Source: an uncultured Gemmatimonadales bacterium (lineage in GTDB: Bacteria > Gemmatimonadota > Gemmatimonadetes > Gemmatimonadales > GWC2-71-9). Taken from it: a stretch of 64,000 nucleotides of DNA. The notes under the pieces are model-generated. The model saw only the letters and a list, made by a program, of their open reading frames with translations. It made no database searches and had not been told where the DNA came from. Of the stretch, positions 9,838-21,241 are shown one piece after another. The stretch is taken from the NCBI GenBank assembly GCA_963720365.1, contig CAVRFK010000003.1:32381-96380 (forward strand), read 5' to 3'. The first letter of the stretch is position 1; each line of letters opens with the position of its first letter. The translations under genes and the position numbers were made by a program.

Positions 9838-11106
9838 AGGTGAGCGGAACCGTACGCGCTCCGGGCGACAAGAGCATCACCCACCGGTCGCTGCTGTTCG
9901 CGGCGCTGGCCCGGGGCCCGAGTCATGTCGGCGGGGCGCTCACGTCGCTCGACGCGAAATCCACCGCCCGGGTCCTCCGCCAGCTCGGCGTCGCGATCTC
10001 GCCGCTGCGCGAGGGCCAGGTCGTCACGGTGGGGAGCCGCGGCCGGCTTCGCGCGCCGGACCGCACGCTCGACTGCGGCAACTCCGGCACGACCACGCGG
10101 CTCCTGCTCGGCCTGCTGGCCGGCCACCGCTTCCGCGCGACGCTCACCGGCGATGCCTCGCTGCGCCGCCGCCCGATGCGCCGCGTCACGACGCCGCTCG
10201 CCGAGATGGGCGCGCGCTTCGAGGAACGGAGCGGCGACGGCCTGCCGCTCACGATCCGGGGCGGCGCGCTGCGTCCGCTGCGGTACGCGATGCCGGTCTC
10301 GAGCGCCCAGATCAAGAGCGCCCTCCTGCTGGCCGGCCTGGTCGGCGAGGTCCCGGTGGACCTGCGGGAGCCCGGCGGACGCTCGCGCGACCATACCGAG
10401 CGGATGCTCCGCGCGTTCGGCTACGAGGTGACGGAGCGCGACGGCTGGATCGAGTTCCGCCCCGGCGGCCGGATCGAGCCGTTCGACATCCAGGTGCCCG
10501 GCGATCCCTCGTCCGCCGCGTTCCTGGTGGGCGCCGCCGTCCTCGCCGAAGCCGGCGAGCTCCGCGATCGCGGGCGTCGGCGTGAACCCGACACGCACCG
10601 GCTTTCTCCGCGTGCTCGAGCGCATGGGTGCGCCGGTCGCCGTCGAATCGGACGACGTGAGCTTCGGCGAGCCGGTGGCCGACCTGGTGGCCCGTCCCGC
10701 GCGGCTCGAGGGCACCGAAGTGGCGGCGGGCGAGATCCCCGGTCTCATCGACGAGATCCCGCTGCTGGCGGTCGTCGCGTCCCGCGCCGCGGGCGAGACC
10801 GTGTTTCGCGACGTCGCCGAGCTGCGGGTGAAGGAGAGCGACCGACTCGGTCTCATCGCGGAAAACCTCCGCGCGGTCGGGGGCAGGGCGGAGGTGCGCG
10901 GTGACGACCTCCATGTGGAAGGCGTCGCGGCGCCGCCGCGCGGCCGGGTCCGCACCGCCGGCGATCACCGGATGGCGATGGCGTTCGCGGTCCTCGGCGC
11001 CCTGCCCGGCGCGCGGGTCGCGGTCGACGATATGGCGTGTGCCGCCGTCAGTTTCCCCGGGTTTCCCCGAACGCTGCGCCGGATCACCGGCAGGAGCGCG
11101 CGATGA
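9834..11106 (+). CDS. aroA: 3-phosphoshikimate 1-carboxyvinyltransferase (EPSP synthase), one frame break
   Basis: ORF 9834..10904 N-part (APGDKSITHRSLLFAAL, LDCGNSGTTTRLL, SAQIKSALLLAG) joins ORF 10582..11106 (NPTRTGFLRVLERMGA, ELRVKESDRL, DHRMAMAF). One extra base near 10560-10567. Confidence 0.85.
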
Positions 11107-11816
11107 AGGGTGGCGTGATCGCGATCGACGGCCCGTCGGCCTCGGGCAAGTCCACCACCGCCCGCGCGGTGGCGGAGGCGCTGGGCTTCTCGCATCTCGA
11201 TTCGGGCTCGCTGTACCGCGGGGTGACGCTGGTCGGCATCCGGGAAACGGCTCGCCGCACTCAGGCCGGCGAGGATCCGCTCGTGGTGGTGGGGGCCGAG
11301 GGAATGCTGCGCGCGGCCGAAGACCGGGGATTGATGCTGCAGCCCGACGGAGCGGGGTTCGCCGCCTACCTGGAAGGCGAGCCGGTGGACGCGGAGATCC
11401 GCGGCGCGGAGGTGACCGCGCGGGTGTCGGCGGTGTCCGCCGTCCCGGTGGTCCGCGAATGGATCAACACCCGCCTCCGGGCGATGGTGCGCGCGGGGCG
11501 CGACGTCGTCGTGGATGGACGGGACATCGGGACCGTGGTATTCCCCGACGCGGAGCTCAAGGTGTTCCTGACCGCGTCGGCCGAGGCGCGGGCCGGGCGG
11601 CGGATCAACCAGCGGGGCAACCCGGTGGATCAGGGCGGACTCGAGGCGGAGGCGGCGGCCCTCGCCGCCCGGGACCAGGCCGATTCGAGCCGGGTCGTGG
11701 CGCCACTCCGGGCCGCCCCCGACGCCGTCCCCCTCGATACCACCACCATGGCCTTCCCCGACCAGGTCCGCTTCATCGTCGAGCTGGCTCGGCCGATCTT
11801 CGGCTCCCGCGCCTGA
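11103..11816 (+). CDS. cmk: cytidylate kinase
   Basis: ATG 11103 overlaps the aroA stop (ATGA). MKGGVIAIDGPSASGKSTTARAVAEALGFSHLDSGSLYR and VVDGRDIGTVVFPDAELKVFLTAS. Confidence 0.85.
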   Translation: MKGGVIAIDGPSASGKSTTARAVAEALGFSHLDSGSLYRGVTLVGIRETARRTQAGEDPLVVVGAEGMLRAAEDRGLMLQPDGAGFAAYLEGEPVDAEIRGAEVTARVSAVSAVPVVREWINTRLRAMVRAGRDVVVDGRDIGTVVFPDAELKVFLTASAEARAGRRINQRGNPVDQGGLEAEAAALAARDQADSSRVVAPLRAAPDAVPLDTTTMAFPDQVRFIVELARPIFGSRA

Positions 11817-11855
11817 CCCTCCTGTCTCTCCGGTCCCCCAAGTTCATATCCCACG

Positions 11856-11884
11856 TTGCGTTGGGGCCATCTCCGGGTTATCCT
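11856..11884 (+). promoter_or_regulatory. candidate sigma70-type promoter for rpsA (TTGCGT-N17-TATCCT)
   Basis: Hexamers at 11856-11861 and 11879-11884 in the 165-nt gap upstream of rpsA. Pattern resembles the other candidate promoters in this window. Confidence 0.3.
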
Positions 11885-11981
11885 TCAAGGCTACCTCACG
11901 AGCACATCCGCTCGCGTGGTGACTACCCCAGCCCGCGGCCGTGCATCGCCTCGGCGCACAACCTAGGATGGTACGCCCCGA

Positions 11982-13688
11982 ATGCTCGATCAACTTCAAC
12001 CCTCGACCGAACAGTTCGCCTCCCCCAGCGGTTTGCGTGTCCGGCAGGACCTCTACGACGAAGACTACTCCGACGCAGATTACGAGCAGATGCTCTCGAT
12101 GTACGAGGGCACGATGTCGCAGATCGTCGAAGGCGAGATCGTCAAGTCCAAGGTCCTTCGCGTCACCGAAAACGCCGTCATCCTCGACGTCGGCTTCAAG
12201 TCCGAGGGATCGGTTCCCCTCGATGAGTTCAAGGATCCCCAGTCACTCAAAGAAGGCGATGAGGTCGAGGTCTTCCTGGAGCACCTGGAAGATCAGGAGG
12301 GCGCGGTCGTCCTCTCCAAGAAGAAGGCCGACTTCATGCGGGTCTGGGAGAAGATCCGCGTCGCCCACGAGAGCGATCAGCCGGTCGAAGGCACCCTGGT
12401 CAAGAAGATCAAGGGCGGCGTGGTCGTGAACCTGATGGGCGTGGACGCGTTCCTCCCCGGCAGCCAGATCGCGCTCCGCCGGGTGCCCAATATCGACGAG
12501 CTGCTGGGCCAGACCTACGAGTTCAAGATCATCAAGCTGAACAAGCGGCGGCGGAACATCGTCGTCAGCCGGCGGGTGATCCTGGAGAACGAGCGGGCCC
12601 ACAAGCGCGAGCACCTCATGAAGGAGCTCGCCGTCGGCCAGGTCCGGAAGGGCGTGGTCAAGAACATCACCGACTTCGGCGCGTTCATCGATCTCGGCGG
12701 CGTGGACGGCCTGCTGCACATCACCGACATGTCCTACGGCCGGGTCTCGCATCCGACCGAGATGGTCGCGATCGGCCGCGAGGTCGAGGTCAAGATCCTC
12801 GACATCGACTGGCAGCGCGAGCGCATCAGCCTGGGCATGAAGCAGCTGCAGTCCTACCCCTGGCAGAACGTGGCCGCCAAGTACCCGGTCGGCACCCGGG
12901 TGCAGGGCAAGGTCGTCTCGATCACCAACTACGGCGCGTTCGTCGAGATCGAGCCGGGGATCGAGGGCCTGGTGCACATCTCCGAGATGAGCTGGACCCG
13001 CAACGTCCGGCACCCCTCGAAGATCGTGAGCATCGGCGAGACCATCGAGGCCGTCGTGCTGAAGGTGGACGAGGCGGAGGAGAAGATCTCGCTCGGCATG
13101 AAGCAGACCGAGCAGGATCCCTGGATGGTGCTGCCGCTCAAGTACCCGGTGGGCACCCGGATTCAGGGCAAGGTCCGGAACCTCACCAGCTTCGGCGCCT
13201 TCGTCGAGATCGAGCCGGGCATCGACGGCCTGATCCACATCTCCGACATGTCGTGGACCAAGCGGGTCCAGCATCCCTCGGAGGTCGTGAAGAAGGGCGA
13301 CGGGGTGGATGTGGTCATCCTCAACATCGACGCCGAGAACAAGCGCATCTCCCTCGGCCTCAAGCAGGCGGAAGAGGATCCCTGGCTCCGCATCGGTGAG
13401 ACCTATCCCATCGGGATGGAGCTCCGCGGACGCGTCGTGCGCCTGATGGACAAGGGCGTGGTGGTAGACCTCGGCAACGACATCGAGGGCTTCGTCCCCA
13501 TGTCGCAGCTCGGCATCCCCAACATCGAGAACCCGGGCGACGCGGTGAAGGAAGGCCAGCCCGTGGACCTCAAGGTGCTCGAGGTGGACCCGATCCATCA
13601 CCGCATCGTGCTGATGGTGACGAACTATCCGGACGAGCCGATCATCCCGCCGGTCCGCCCGGTGATCGAAGAGACGGCGAATCAGTAG
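11982..13688 (+). CDS. rpsA: 30S ribosomal protein S1
   Basis: 568-aa uninterrupted ORF with six S1 OB-fold repeats (recurrent G.V..I..FGAFV.. motifs). Confidence 0.9.
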   Translation: MLDQLQPSTEQFASPSGLRVRQDLYDEDYSDADYEQMLSMYEGTMSQIVEGEIVKSKVLRVTENAVILDVGFKSEGSVPLDEFKDPQSLKEGDEVEVFLEHLEDQEGAVVLSKKKADFMRVWEKIRVAHESDQPVEGTLVKKIKGGVVVNLMGVDAFLPGSQIALRRVPNIDELLGQTYEFKIIKLNKRRRNIVVSRRVILENERAHKREHLMKELAVGQVRKGVVKNITDFGAFIDLGGVDGLLHITDMSYGRVSHPTEMVAIGREVEVKILDIDWQRERISLGMKQLQSYPWQNVAAKYPVGTRVQGKVVSITNYGAFVEIEPGIEGLVHISEMSWTRNVRHPSKIVSIGETIEAVVLKVDEAEEKISLGMKQTEQDPWMVLPLKYPVGTRIQGKVRNLTSFGAFVEIEPGIDGLIHISDMSWTKRVQHPSEVVKKGDGVDVVILNIDAENKRISLGLKQAEEDPWLRIGETYPIGMELRGRVVRLMDKGVVVDLGNDIEGFVPMSQLGIPNIENPGDAVKEGQPVDLKVLEVDPIHHRIVLMVTNYPDEPIIPPVRPVIEETANQ

Positions 13689-13707
13689 GTGAGCCAGTAA
13701 GCAGGAT

Positions 13708-13774
13708 TGTCACCCTGAACGCAGTGAAGGGGACCATGGCTGCCATGGTCCCCTTCGCTTTGCTCAGGGTGACA
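13708..13774. repeat. palindromic REP-like element (copy 1), likely bidirectional terminator
   Basis: TGTCACCCTGAACGCAGTGAAGGGGACCATGG (13708-13739) faces CCATGGTCCCCTTCGCTTTGCTCAGGGTGACA (13743-13774). Lies between convergent rpsA and 13786..14313. Confidence 0.65.
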
Positions 13775-13785
13775 CTGTCTCCCCG

Positions 13786-14313
13786 CTAGAGGTCGAGATC
13801 TTCCTCGAGCGAGAAGCGCAGCGGCGTATCGTCCTTCACCTCGCGCCCCGTCTTGTCGAGCAACCCCCAGGCGAGTCCGCCGCCCGCGCCCACGATGGCG
13901 CCTTCCAGCACGCCCGCGCCGGTCACGGCGCCCACGACGGCGCCCGCCGCCGCGCCGACCGCCGTCTTCTCCTTGGTGCCCAGCCGCTCGCGGTCGGTGT
14001 CGGCCTTGGCCTCGTCGCTGGCGACACTGCGCATGTCGCCGTCCACGTGCACCTTGGTCAGGCGAAGCGTGGCCGCGTCATTCTTCTCGCCGCTCCGCAC
14101 CAGCTTCACCTCGGCCGGGGAGCCGGCCACGATGACGACTTCGCCGTCCACCACGACGTCTCGGGTCACGCTGGCTTCGAAGCTGTCGCCGATATTGTCG
14201 CTGGAGATCGGGACGTCTTCATCGAGGGTCACCGGAATGTCGGTGCCCCGGGGGATCGTAGACGACGGTCCCCGCCAGTGCTGCCAGCGCTACGCTCATG
14301 GCTCGGAACATGA
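13786..14313 (-). CDS. hypothetical exported protein with C-terminal glycine-zipper segment, one frame break
   Basis: AAGGAGG, then ATG 14313 gives MFRAMSVALAALAGTVVYDPPG. Frame changes within the C4G5 run (14246-14254, + strand) into ORF 13786..14232 (TDIPVTLDEDV... AVGAAAGAVVGAVTGAGVLEGAIVGAGGG). Confidence 0.45.
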
Positions 14314-14456
14314 TGCCTCCTTTGCGCTCTGGATCGAGCGAACCTCAGCTATATACGGCCAGACGGGCTTGCGAACGCCGCCGCCGAGACCCCCATTTTG
14401 GCGTGACCCGTCTCACTTCGGGGCCTCATCCGCCTGCCGGGCGGTCGGTTACGGAC

Positions 14457-14485
14457 TTCGCGCCCGCGTCGCGCCGCGCTATCTT
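14457..14485 (+). promoter_or_regulatory. candidate promoter for pccB (TTCGCG-N17-TATCTT); implies leaderless or near-leaderless mRNA
   Basis: TATCTT at 14480-14485 ends 8 nt before ATG 14494. No Shine-Dalgarno sequence in between. Confidence 0.35.
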
Positions 14486-14493
14486 CTCCGGCC

Positions 14494-16047
<1,554 letters not shown>

Positions 16048-16055
16048 CTCGTCAC

Positions 16056-16084
16056 TGTCATCCCCAGCTCCGCTCGGGATGACA
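16056..16084 (+). terminator. short hairpin related to the REP-like family (copy 4, mini variant)
   Basis: TGTCATCCCCAGC-TCC-GCTCGGGATGACA: 13-bp stem with one mismatch, 9 nt after the pccB stop. Arm termini match TGTCA(C/T)CC..GAGC of the larger elements. Confidence 0.45.
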
Positions 16085-16156
16085 TACCCACCCTCAAGTT
16101 CTCCGGCCCGATGCCGATACTAGCAGCGCATTCCTCTGCTCACGCGGGGGATCATC

Positions 16157-16858
16157 ATGGCATCGACCACCGGAGATCCGATGATTCGTCGAGCTCTACC
16201 CATTGCGGTTGCCCTGAGCGTGGCCCTGCTGCCAGGCCGGGCTGAGGCGCAGCACGCATCCCCGGCGCCCGCGCCAATGGGGGCCTACACGGTTTCCGGC
16301 GAGTGGCTCCACCTCAACAGCGGGTCGCTCCGTCGGGATGCCCTCCCGAGCCTCGGCTGGAGCATCGGGATGGACCATCCCCGCGGCTTCCGTCTGGAGG
16401 CGGGCTACCTGCGCGTTGCCCGGCCCGGCACGACCGCCAAGGGATTCACCGCGGGCGCCGGCTGGAACTTCGTCCGCGACCGCGTGACGCTCCGTCCCGG
16501 CGTGTCGGCCCTCATCGGCGTGGCCGAGCGGATCGGCGATCGCGACGGCTATGACTGGCAGGGCGTGAACGGCACCCCGCTCGAAGGCGACACCGGGCAC
16601 CAGGATCGGGTCGGCTATCAGCGAGGCACCACGCTCGGCGGCAGTCTGAATTTCGCCGCCGACTACTACGTCGGCGCCGGGATGTCGATCACGGCCTCGC
16701 TCCGGCAGTGGGTCTTCACCGGCGGCGTCCTCAGCGAGGACCGCGATCGCGTGCTCGCCGGCTTCGGTCTTTCGGTTCGTCCGGGCGCCCTGGTGCAAAG
16801 CCTCCGCGGCCGGCCCGCCACCCAGATCAGCTCCGCTGAAGAGGAGAACGCCCAGTGA
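16157..16858 (+). CDS. hypothetical exported protein (possibly outer-membrane beta-barrel)
   Basis: 233-aa ORF. Signal-like IRRALPIAVALSVALLPGRAEAQ. Gly/aromatic-rich alternating segments. GTGA overlap with the next gene. No family recognised. Confidence 0.4.
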   Translation: MASTTGDPMIRRALPIAVALSVALLPGRAEAQHASPAPAPMGAYTVSGEWLHLNSGSLRRDALPSLGWSIGMDHPRGFRLEAGYLRVARPGTTAKGFTAGAGWNFVRDRVTLRPGVSALIGVAERIGDRDGYDWQGVNGTPLEGDTGHQDRVGYQRGTTLGGSLNFAADYYVGAGMSITASLRQWVFTGGVLSEDRDRVLAGFGLSVRPGALVQSLRGRPATQISSAEEENAQ

Positions 16859-18544
16859 GCCGCCCCGTCTTCACCACCGCGCGGGGCGTCCTGGCGTCGG
16901 CGGTCCTGCTGGCCGGCTGCGGCGAGGACTTCGCCACCGGCCCCGAGAAGTTCACCGGTGAGCTGGACGTCACCAACTGGGCGGATACGCTGGTCGTCGG
17001 CGATCACCGCGCGGTGACCGCGCGCGTGCTCGACGCACAGGGTCGGGAAGTGCTCGGCCGCTCGATCCAGTGGACCATCGCGACACTGGGGGTCGTGGAC
17101 ATCGCGGTCCCGGGGTCGAACAACACTGCCGTGGCACAGAGCGCCGGCAGCGCGGTGCTCTCCGTGGCCGGCGGAACGGCCGTCGCCATGGAGGCGCTCA
17201 CGCCCGGCACCAGCACGGTGTCGTTCGTATTTGCCGACGAGCTGTTCCACGAGACCACCGCCGCACGGACGCTGACGGTCGTGACCGCCGGGATCCAGCT
17301 TGCCAGCGCGCAGGACACCACGCTGACCGCTCTCGGGGATACGGCCCTGCTGGTAGCGAGCGCCCTGGGACACGATCAGGACGGCGTGAACGAAGCGCGC
17401 GCCGGACTCGGCGTCGAGTGGGCGCGCATCGGCGCGGGCGCCATCGATCTGCTCGGCAACGGGGACTCGGTGCACGTCGTCGCCCGTCAGGATGGCACCG
17501 ACACACTGGTCGTGTCGCACGGCTTCTGTCGCGTCGGTGCGGTCTGCTCGGATACCGTGCTGGTGCACGTCGTAACGGGCAGCGAGCCGCCGCCGCCTCC
17601 GCCGCCTTCGGTGACGATCAGTCCGGCCACTGCGGACCTGCAGGTCAATCAGCCGCAGCAGTTCACCGTTGCCGGCACGTCCGGACCGTACGTCTGGTCG
17701 GCAGGCGGCGTGGATGGAGGGAACGCGGCGAACGGAACGGTGGACGCGAATGGCGCCTACGCCGCCCCGGCGGTCCGTACCGGCCGGCGGCACGGTGCAG
17801 GTGTGCGTGCGGCTGTCGGCGCAGCCGTTGGTTTCCGATTGCGCGACGGTGACGATCACCGCCCTGCCGCCGCCGCCGCCCGCGGGTGCCGACGTGGTCG
17901 TCGTCAACGACGTGGACATGTGGTCGGCCGGGTATGGCATGAGCGCGGGCAATCAGAAGTTCTTCGAGAACCTCGTCGGCTACACCGCGGCTGGCCCCAG
18001 AGCCGGAGGCCACACGGTGATGTCCTGGACCGGCGCCAGTTCCGGCTGCGGTGCAGGCTGCAACTTGAATGGCGGGTGGTACACCGAGGCGGTCACGACC
18101 AAGCTCACGAGCCTCGGGTATACCCTGGTCGACGATAGCGGCTCGTTCGCCAGCATTCCGGCGGACGTCAAGGTGATCTTCATCTGGATGCCGAGGGAGA
18201 CGCTGGGCACGGCTGACCTGAACGCGCTCAAGCAGTTCGCGTCCGAGGGCGGACGTCTGGTCGTCGTCGGCGAGAACGGCTTCTTCTACGGGGATGAGGG
18301 CATCGCGATCGAGAACGAGCTCCTGGCCAGCCTGGGATCTCAGCTCGTCAACCAAGGGGACTGCTACTTCGGGTTCGGGACTGCCGAGAGCAGCCACCAG
18401 CTCGTGGCCGGTGTCGCGCAGGTCGAGCTGCCCTGCGCGTCCACCATGACGCCCGGGACCAACGACTACACCGTGGTGCGCGACGAGGTGTCGGGCAAGA
18501 CGATCATCGCGGTGACCAGAATCGATCTGACGCCGATCCCCTAG
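16855..18544 (+). CDS. lipoprotein with Big_2-like Ig domains and an unassigned C-terminal domain, one frame break
   Basis: Lipobox SAVLLAGCGEDF. ORF 16855..18138 carries repeated ..V.A.GTSTVS/ATVTIT Ig-like segments and a PPPPPPP linker. It joins ORF 17669..18544 (VPAGGTVQVCVRLSAQP...) with an extra base near 17768-17775. Confidence 0.5.
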
Positions 18545-18567
18545 CAGGGGCCGCGTTGGCAGGGACA

Positions 18568-18602
18568 CGAGCAGTCATCCGCCGTTCGCGGGTGACTGCT
18601 CG
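18568..18602 (+). terminator. hairpin terminator after the lipoprotein gene
   Basis: CGAGCAGTCATCCGC-CGTTC-GCGGGTGACTGCTCG: 15-bp stem with one G-U pair, followed by GTCTGTGTGTG. Confidence 0.5.
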
Positions 18603-18734
18603 GTCTGTGTGTGAGGCTCTGTCTGGTGCCTCGCTCAGGGGCTCGGACGTCTCCCTTGCGTCGGTTCCTGGCAGGGGGCTTCCCGGAGGGCTCCCCTAGC
18701 CAATGTCACGCGGCCATACCATCTTGAGACGTCC

Positions 18735-19751
18735 ATGTACGCGCCCTCCCTGCCAGTCAAGGAAGCCGCGCCAGCCCACCCGCTGGATCTTCGCCGCGCC
18801 TTCGCGGCGACGCTCCTGGCGTGTGTCGCCGCTGTCGTTCCGCTCTACGCCCAGGGTGCCATCGATCCCAACGTAGCGCCACGCGCCGCTGCGCTCGAGC
18901 GCGAGGGCGAGCGCCACATGGCGATCGATCTCCTCGGCCGCTACCTCGCCACCGCCCCGGACGACGGCCGAGCCTGGCTTCAGCTCGGCCGCTTCTATCT
19001 CTCCGACGCGCGCGACTGGCACCAGCACGGCCATCGGGGCACCCCCGACGGTCTCCTCTACGTCGATTTTGCCGGGACGGCACTCGAGCAATCCATCCGC
19101 CTGGCGGTCGACTCCGGCGTGATCTTCCGTGGCATCGCCGAAGTCGAGCGGGCCCTGATCATGGTCGAGCAGATGGGGTGGGCCGCGGCTCGCGGCAGTC
19201 TCGGCCGGGAGCGCGCGCCGCAGATGCCCCCGTTCGTGCTGGAGCTGGGCGCGAACCTGCTGGCGTCGTGTCCCGCGGGCGGCGTGCTCCTGACCGGCGG
19301 CGACCTCGAAGCGCTCTCGGTCTGGTACGGCAGCATGGAACAGCCCTCCCTCGACGTCCTCCCGATCCGCCCCGATCTGTACGCGACCGACTCGATCTAC
19401 CGCCAGCGCATGGCGCAGGCGATGGGCGTGGATCCCTCGCTGCCGGTCCAGCGGGCGCTGGGCGACGTGGCGCCGCGCCGCACGCTGTGCCTGAGTCCCG
19501 GCACCGACAGCGCCGCCGCGCCCGCGCTCGCGTGGGTGCCGTACCGGCTGGTGCGGGTGAGCCGCCCCGCCGTGCCCGGAACCGAAACGATGAGCGTCAA
19601 CGAGCTGCTGAAGGCCGTCCGGCAGAACCCGTCCCCCTGGGTGGTGGACGTGCGCGGCGTGTACGACCGCGCGGCGGACCACAACCTCATGCTCTGCAGC
19701 AGCCTCCTCCTCCTCTTCGGAGATACGCCCCCGCCCGCCTGCCAGCCGTGA
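18735..19751 (+). CDS. hypothetical exported protein
   Basis: 338-aa ORF. Hydrophobic N-terminal segment AATLLACVAAVVPLYAQG. A helical, TPR-like stretch (DLLGRYLATAPDDGRAWLQLGRFYL). Stop overlaps the accC GTG start (GTGA). Confidence 0.4.
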   Translation: MYAPSLPVKEAAPAHPLDLRRAFAATLLACVAAVVPLYAQGAIDPNVAPRAAALEREGERHMAIDLLGRYLATAPDDGRAWLQLGRFYLSDARDWHQHGHRGTPDGLLYVDFAGTALEQSIRLAVDSGVIFRGIAEVERALIMVEQMGWAAARGSLGRERAPQMPPFVLELGANLLASCPAGGVLLTGGDLEALSVWYGSMEQPSLDVLPIRPDLYATDSIYRQRMAQAMGVDPSLPVQRALGDVAPRRTLCLSPGTDSAAAPALAWVPYRLVRVSRPAVPGTETMSVNELLKAVRQNPSPWVVDVRGVYDRAADHNLMLCSSLLLLFGDTPPPACQP

Positions 19752-21241
19752 AGCGGGTGCTCGTCGCCAATCGCGGGGAGATCGCCCTCCGCGTCATTCG
19801 CGCATGCCATGAAGAAGGACTGGAAGCGGTGGCGGTCTACTCGGCCGCCGACCGCGCCGCCGCGCACGTGCGCGCCGCCGACCGCGCCGTCGAGATCGGT
19901 CCCGCCGCTCCCTCCGACAGCTACCTCCGGGCCGACCGCCTGGTACAGGCCGCGCTCGACACCGGCGCGGAGGCGATTCATCCGGGCTACGGCTTCCTCG
20001 CGGAGCGGGCCTCGTTCGCCGCCGCGGTCGAGGAGGCCGGCCTCATCTTCGTCGGGCCGCCCGCGTCGGCCATCCGCGCCATGGGCGACAAGACCGAGGC
20101 TCGCCGCCGGATGCGCGACGCCGGTGTCCCCGTGGTGCCCGGTGGGCACGAGCCGATCACCGAGCCGGATGTGGCTCGCCGCCTCGCGGAGGAGCTCGGC
20201 TATCCCGTGCTGGTGAAGGCGGCGGCGGGTGGTGGCGGGAAGGGAATGCGCGTCGTGCGTACGCCCCAGGAGCTCGCGCCGGCACTCGAGACCGCCGCGT
20301 CCGAGGCGCGCAAGGCGTTCGGCGATGCGAGCGTGTACCTGGAAAAGCTCATCGAGCGCCCCCGCCACGTGGAGATCCAGATCCTCGCCGATCGGGAGCG
20401 CACGATCCATCTCGGCGAGCGGGAATGCTCGGTACAGCGGCGCCATCAGAAGCTGGTCGAGGAGGCGCCGTCGCCGGCGGTGAATGCCGAGCTGCGCGAG
20501 TGGATGGGCTCGGCCGCGGTCGCGGCCGCGGAGGCGGTGGGCTATCTCGGCGCCGGTACGTGCGAGTTCCTGCTCGCCGCGGATCGCTCGTTCTACTTTC
20601 TGGAGATGAACACCCGCATCCAGGTGGAGCATCCCGTCACCGAGCTGGTGTATGGCGTGGACCTGGTGCGGGAACAGCTCCGCATCGCGGCCGGTGGCGC
20701 GATGCGCATCCCGCCGCGCTGGCTGGAGCCGCGCGGGTGGGCGCTGGAGTGCCGGATCACCAGTGAGGATCCGGCCAACGGATTCCTCCCCTCCACGGGA
20801 CGCATCGAGCGGTTGCGCGTTCCCGGCGGTCCCGGCGTGCGCTGGGACGGCGGGGTCGAGAGCGGCGATGAGGTCACCCTCTTCTACGACTCGCTGCTGG
20901 CCAAGCTCATCGTGTGGGCGCCCGACCGCCTGCAGGCGGTGGACCGCATGGCGCGCGCGCTCGACGAGCTGGTGGTCGAGGGCGTCGTGACCAACCAGGG
21001 TTTCCACCGCCGGCTGATGGCCGACCGGCAGTTCCGCGACGGCGACATCGACATCCAGTTTCTCGATCGGCGTCCCGATCTCGCCGCGCCGTCGCTCTCC
21101 GACCGCGAGGCGCTCGATCTCGCGATCGCTGCGGCGCTCGCCGAGCACGAGGCGCGGTCCCTGCGCCGGCCGTCGGTCTCGGACGGCGACTCCGGCAACG
21201 GCAACTGGCTCAACCGCGCGAGGCTCGAGTCGCTGCGGTGA
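19748..21241 (+). CDS. accC: biotin carboxylase subunit of an acyl-CoA carboxylase
   Basis: GTG 19748. VKRVLVANRGEIALRVIRACHEEG, HPGYGFLAE, MVKAAAGGGGKGMRVV-type (LVKAAAGGGGKGMRVV), EMNTRIQVEHPVTE. The upstream part of ORF 18821.. is an out-of-frame overlap. Confidence 0.85.
   Translation: MKRVLVANRGEIALRVIRACHEEGLEAVAVYSAADRAAAHVRAADRAVEIGPAAPSDSYLRADRLVQAALDTGAEAIHPGYGFLAERASFAAAVEEAGLIFVGPPASAIRAMGDKTEARRRMRDAGVPVVPGGHEPITEPDVARRLAEELGYPVLVKAAAGGGGKGMRVVRTPQELAPALETAASEARKAFGDASVYLEKLIERPRHVEIQILADRERTIHLGERECSVQRRHQKLVEEAPSPAVNAELREWMGSAAVAAAEAVGYLGAGTCEFLLAADRSFYFLEMNTRIQVEHPVTELVYGVDLVREQLRIAAGGAMRIPPRWLEPRGWALECRITSEDPANGFLPSTGRIERLRVPGGPGVRWDGGVESGDEVTLFYDSLLAKLIVWAPDRLQAVDRMARALDELVVEGVVTNQGFHRRLMADRQFRDGDIDIQFLDRRPDLAAPSLSDREALDLAIAAALAEHEARSLRRPSVSDGDSGNGNWLNRARLESLR

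Noticed and set aside
18821-19747. N-terminal 309-aa extension of accC (806-aa ORF)
   Set aside because: The extension is an out-of-frame overlap of gene 18735..19751 with an Arg/Pro-rich translation. Biotin carboxylase homology begins exactly at GTG 19748, which overlaps the upstream stop.
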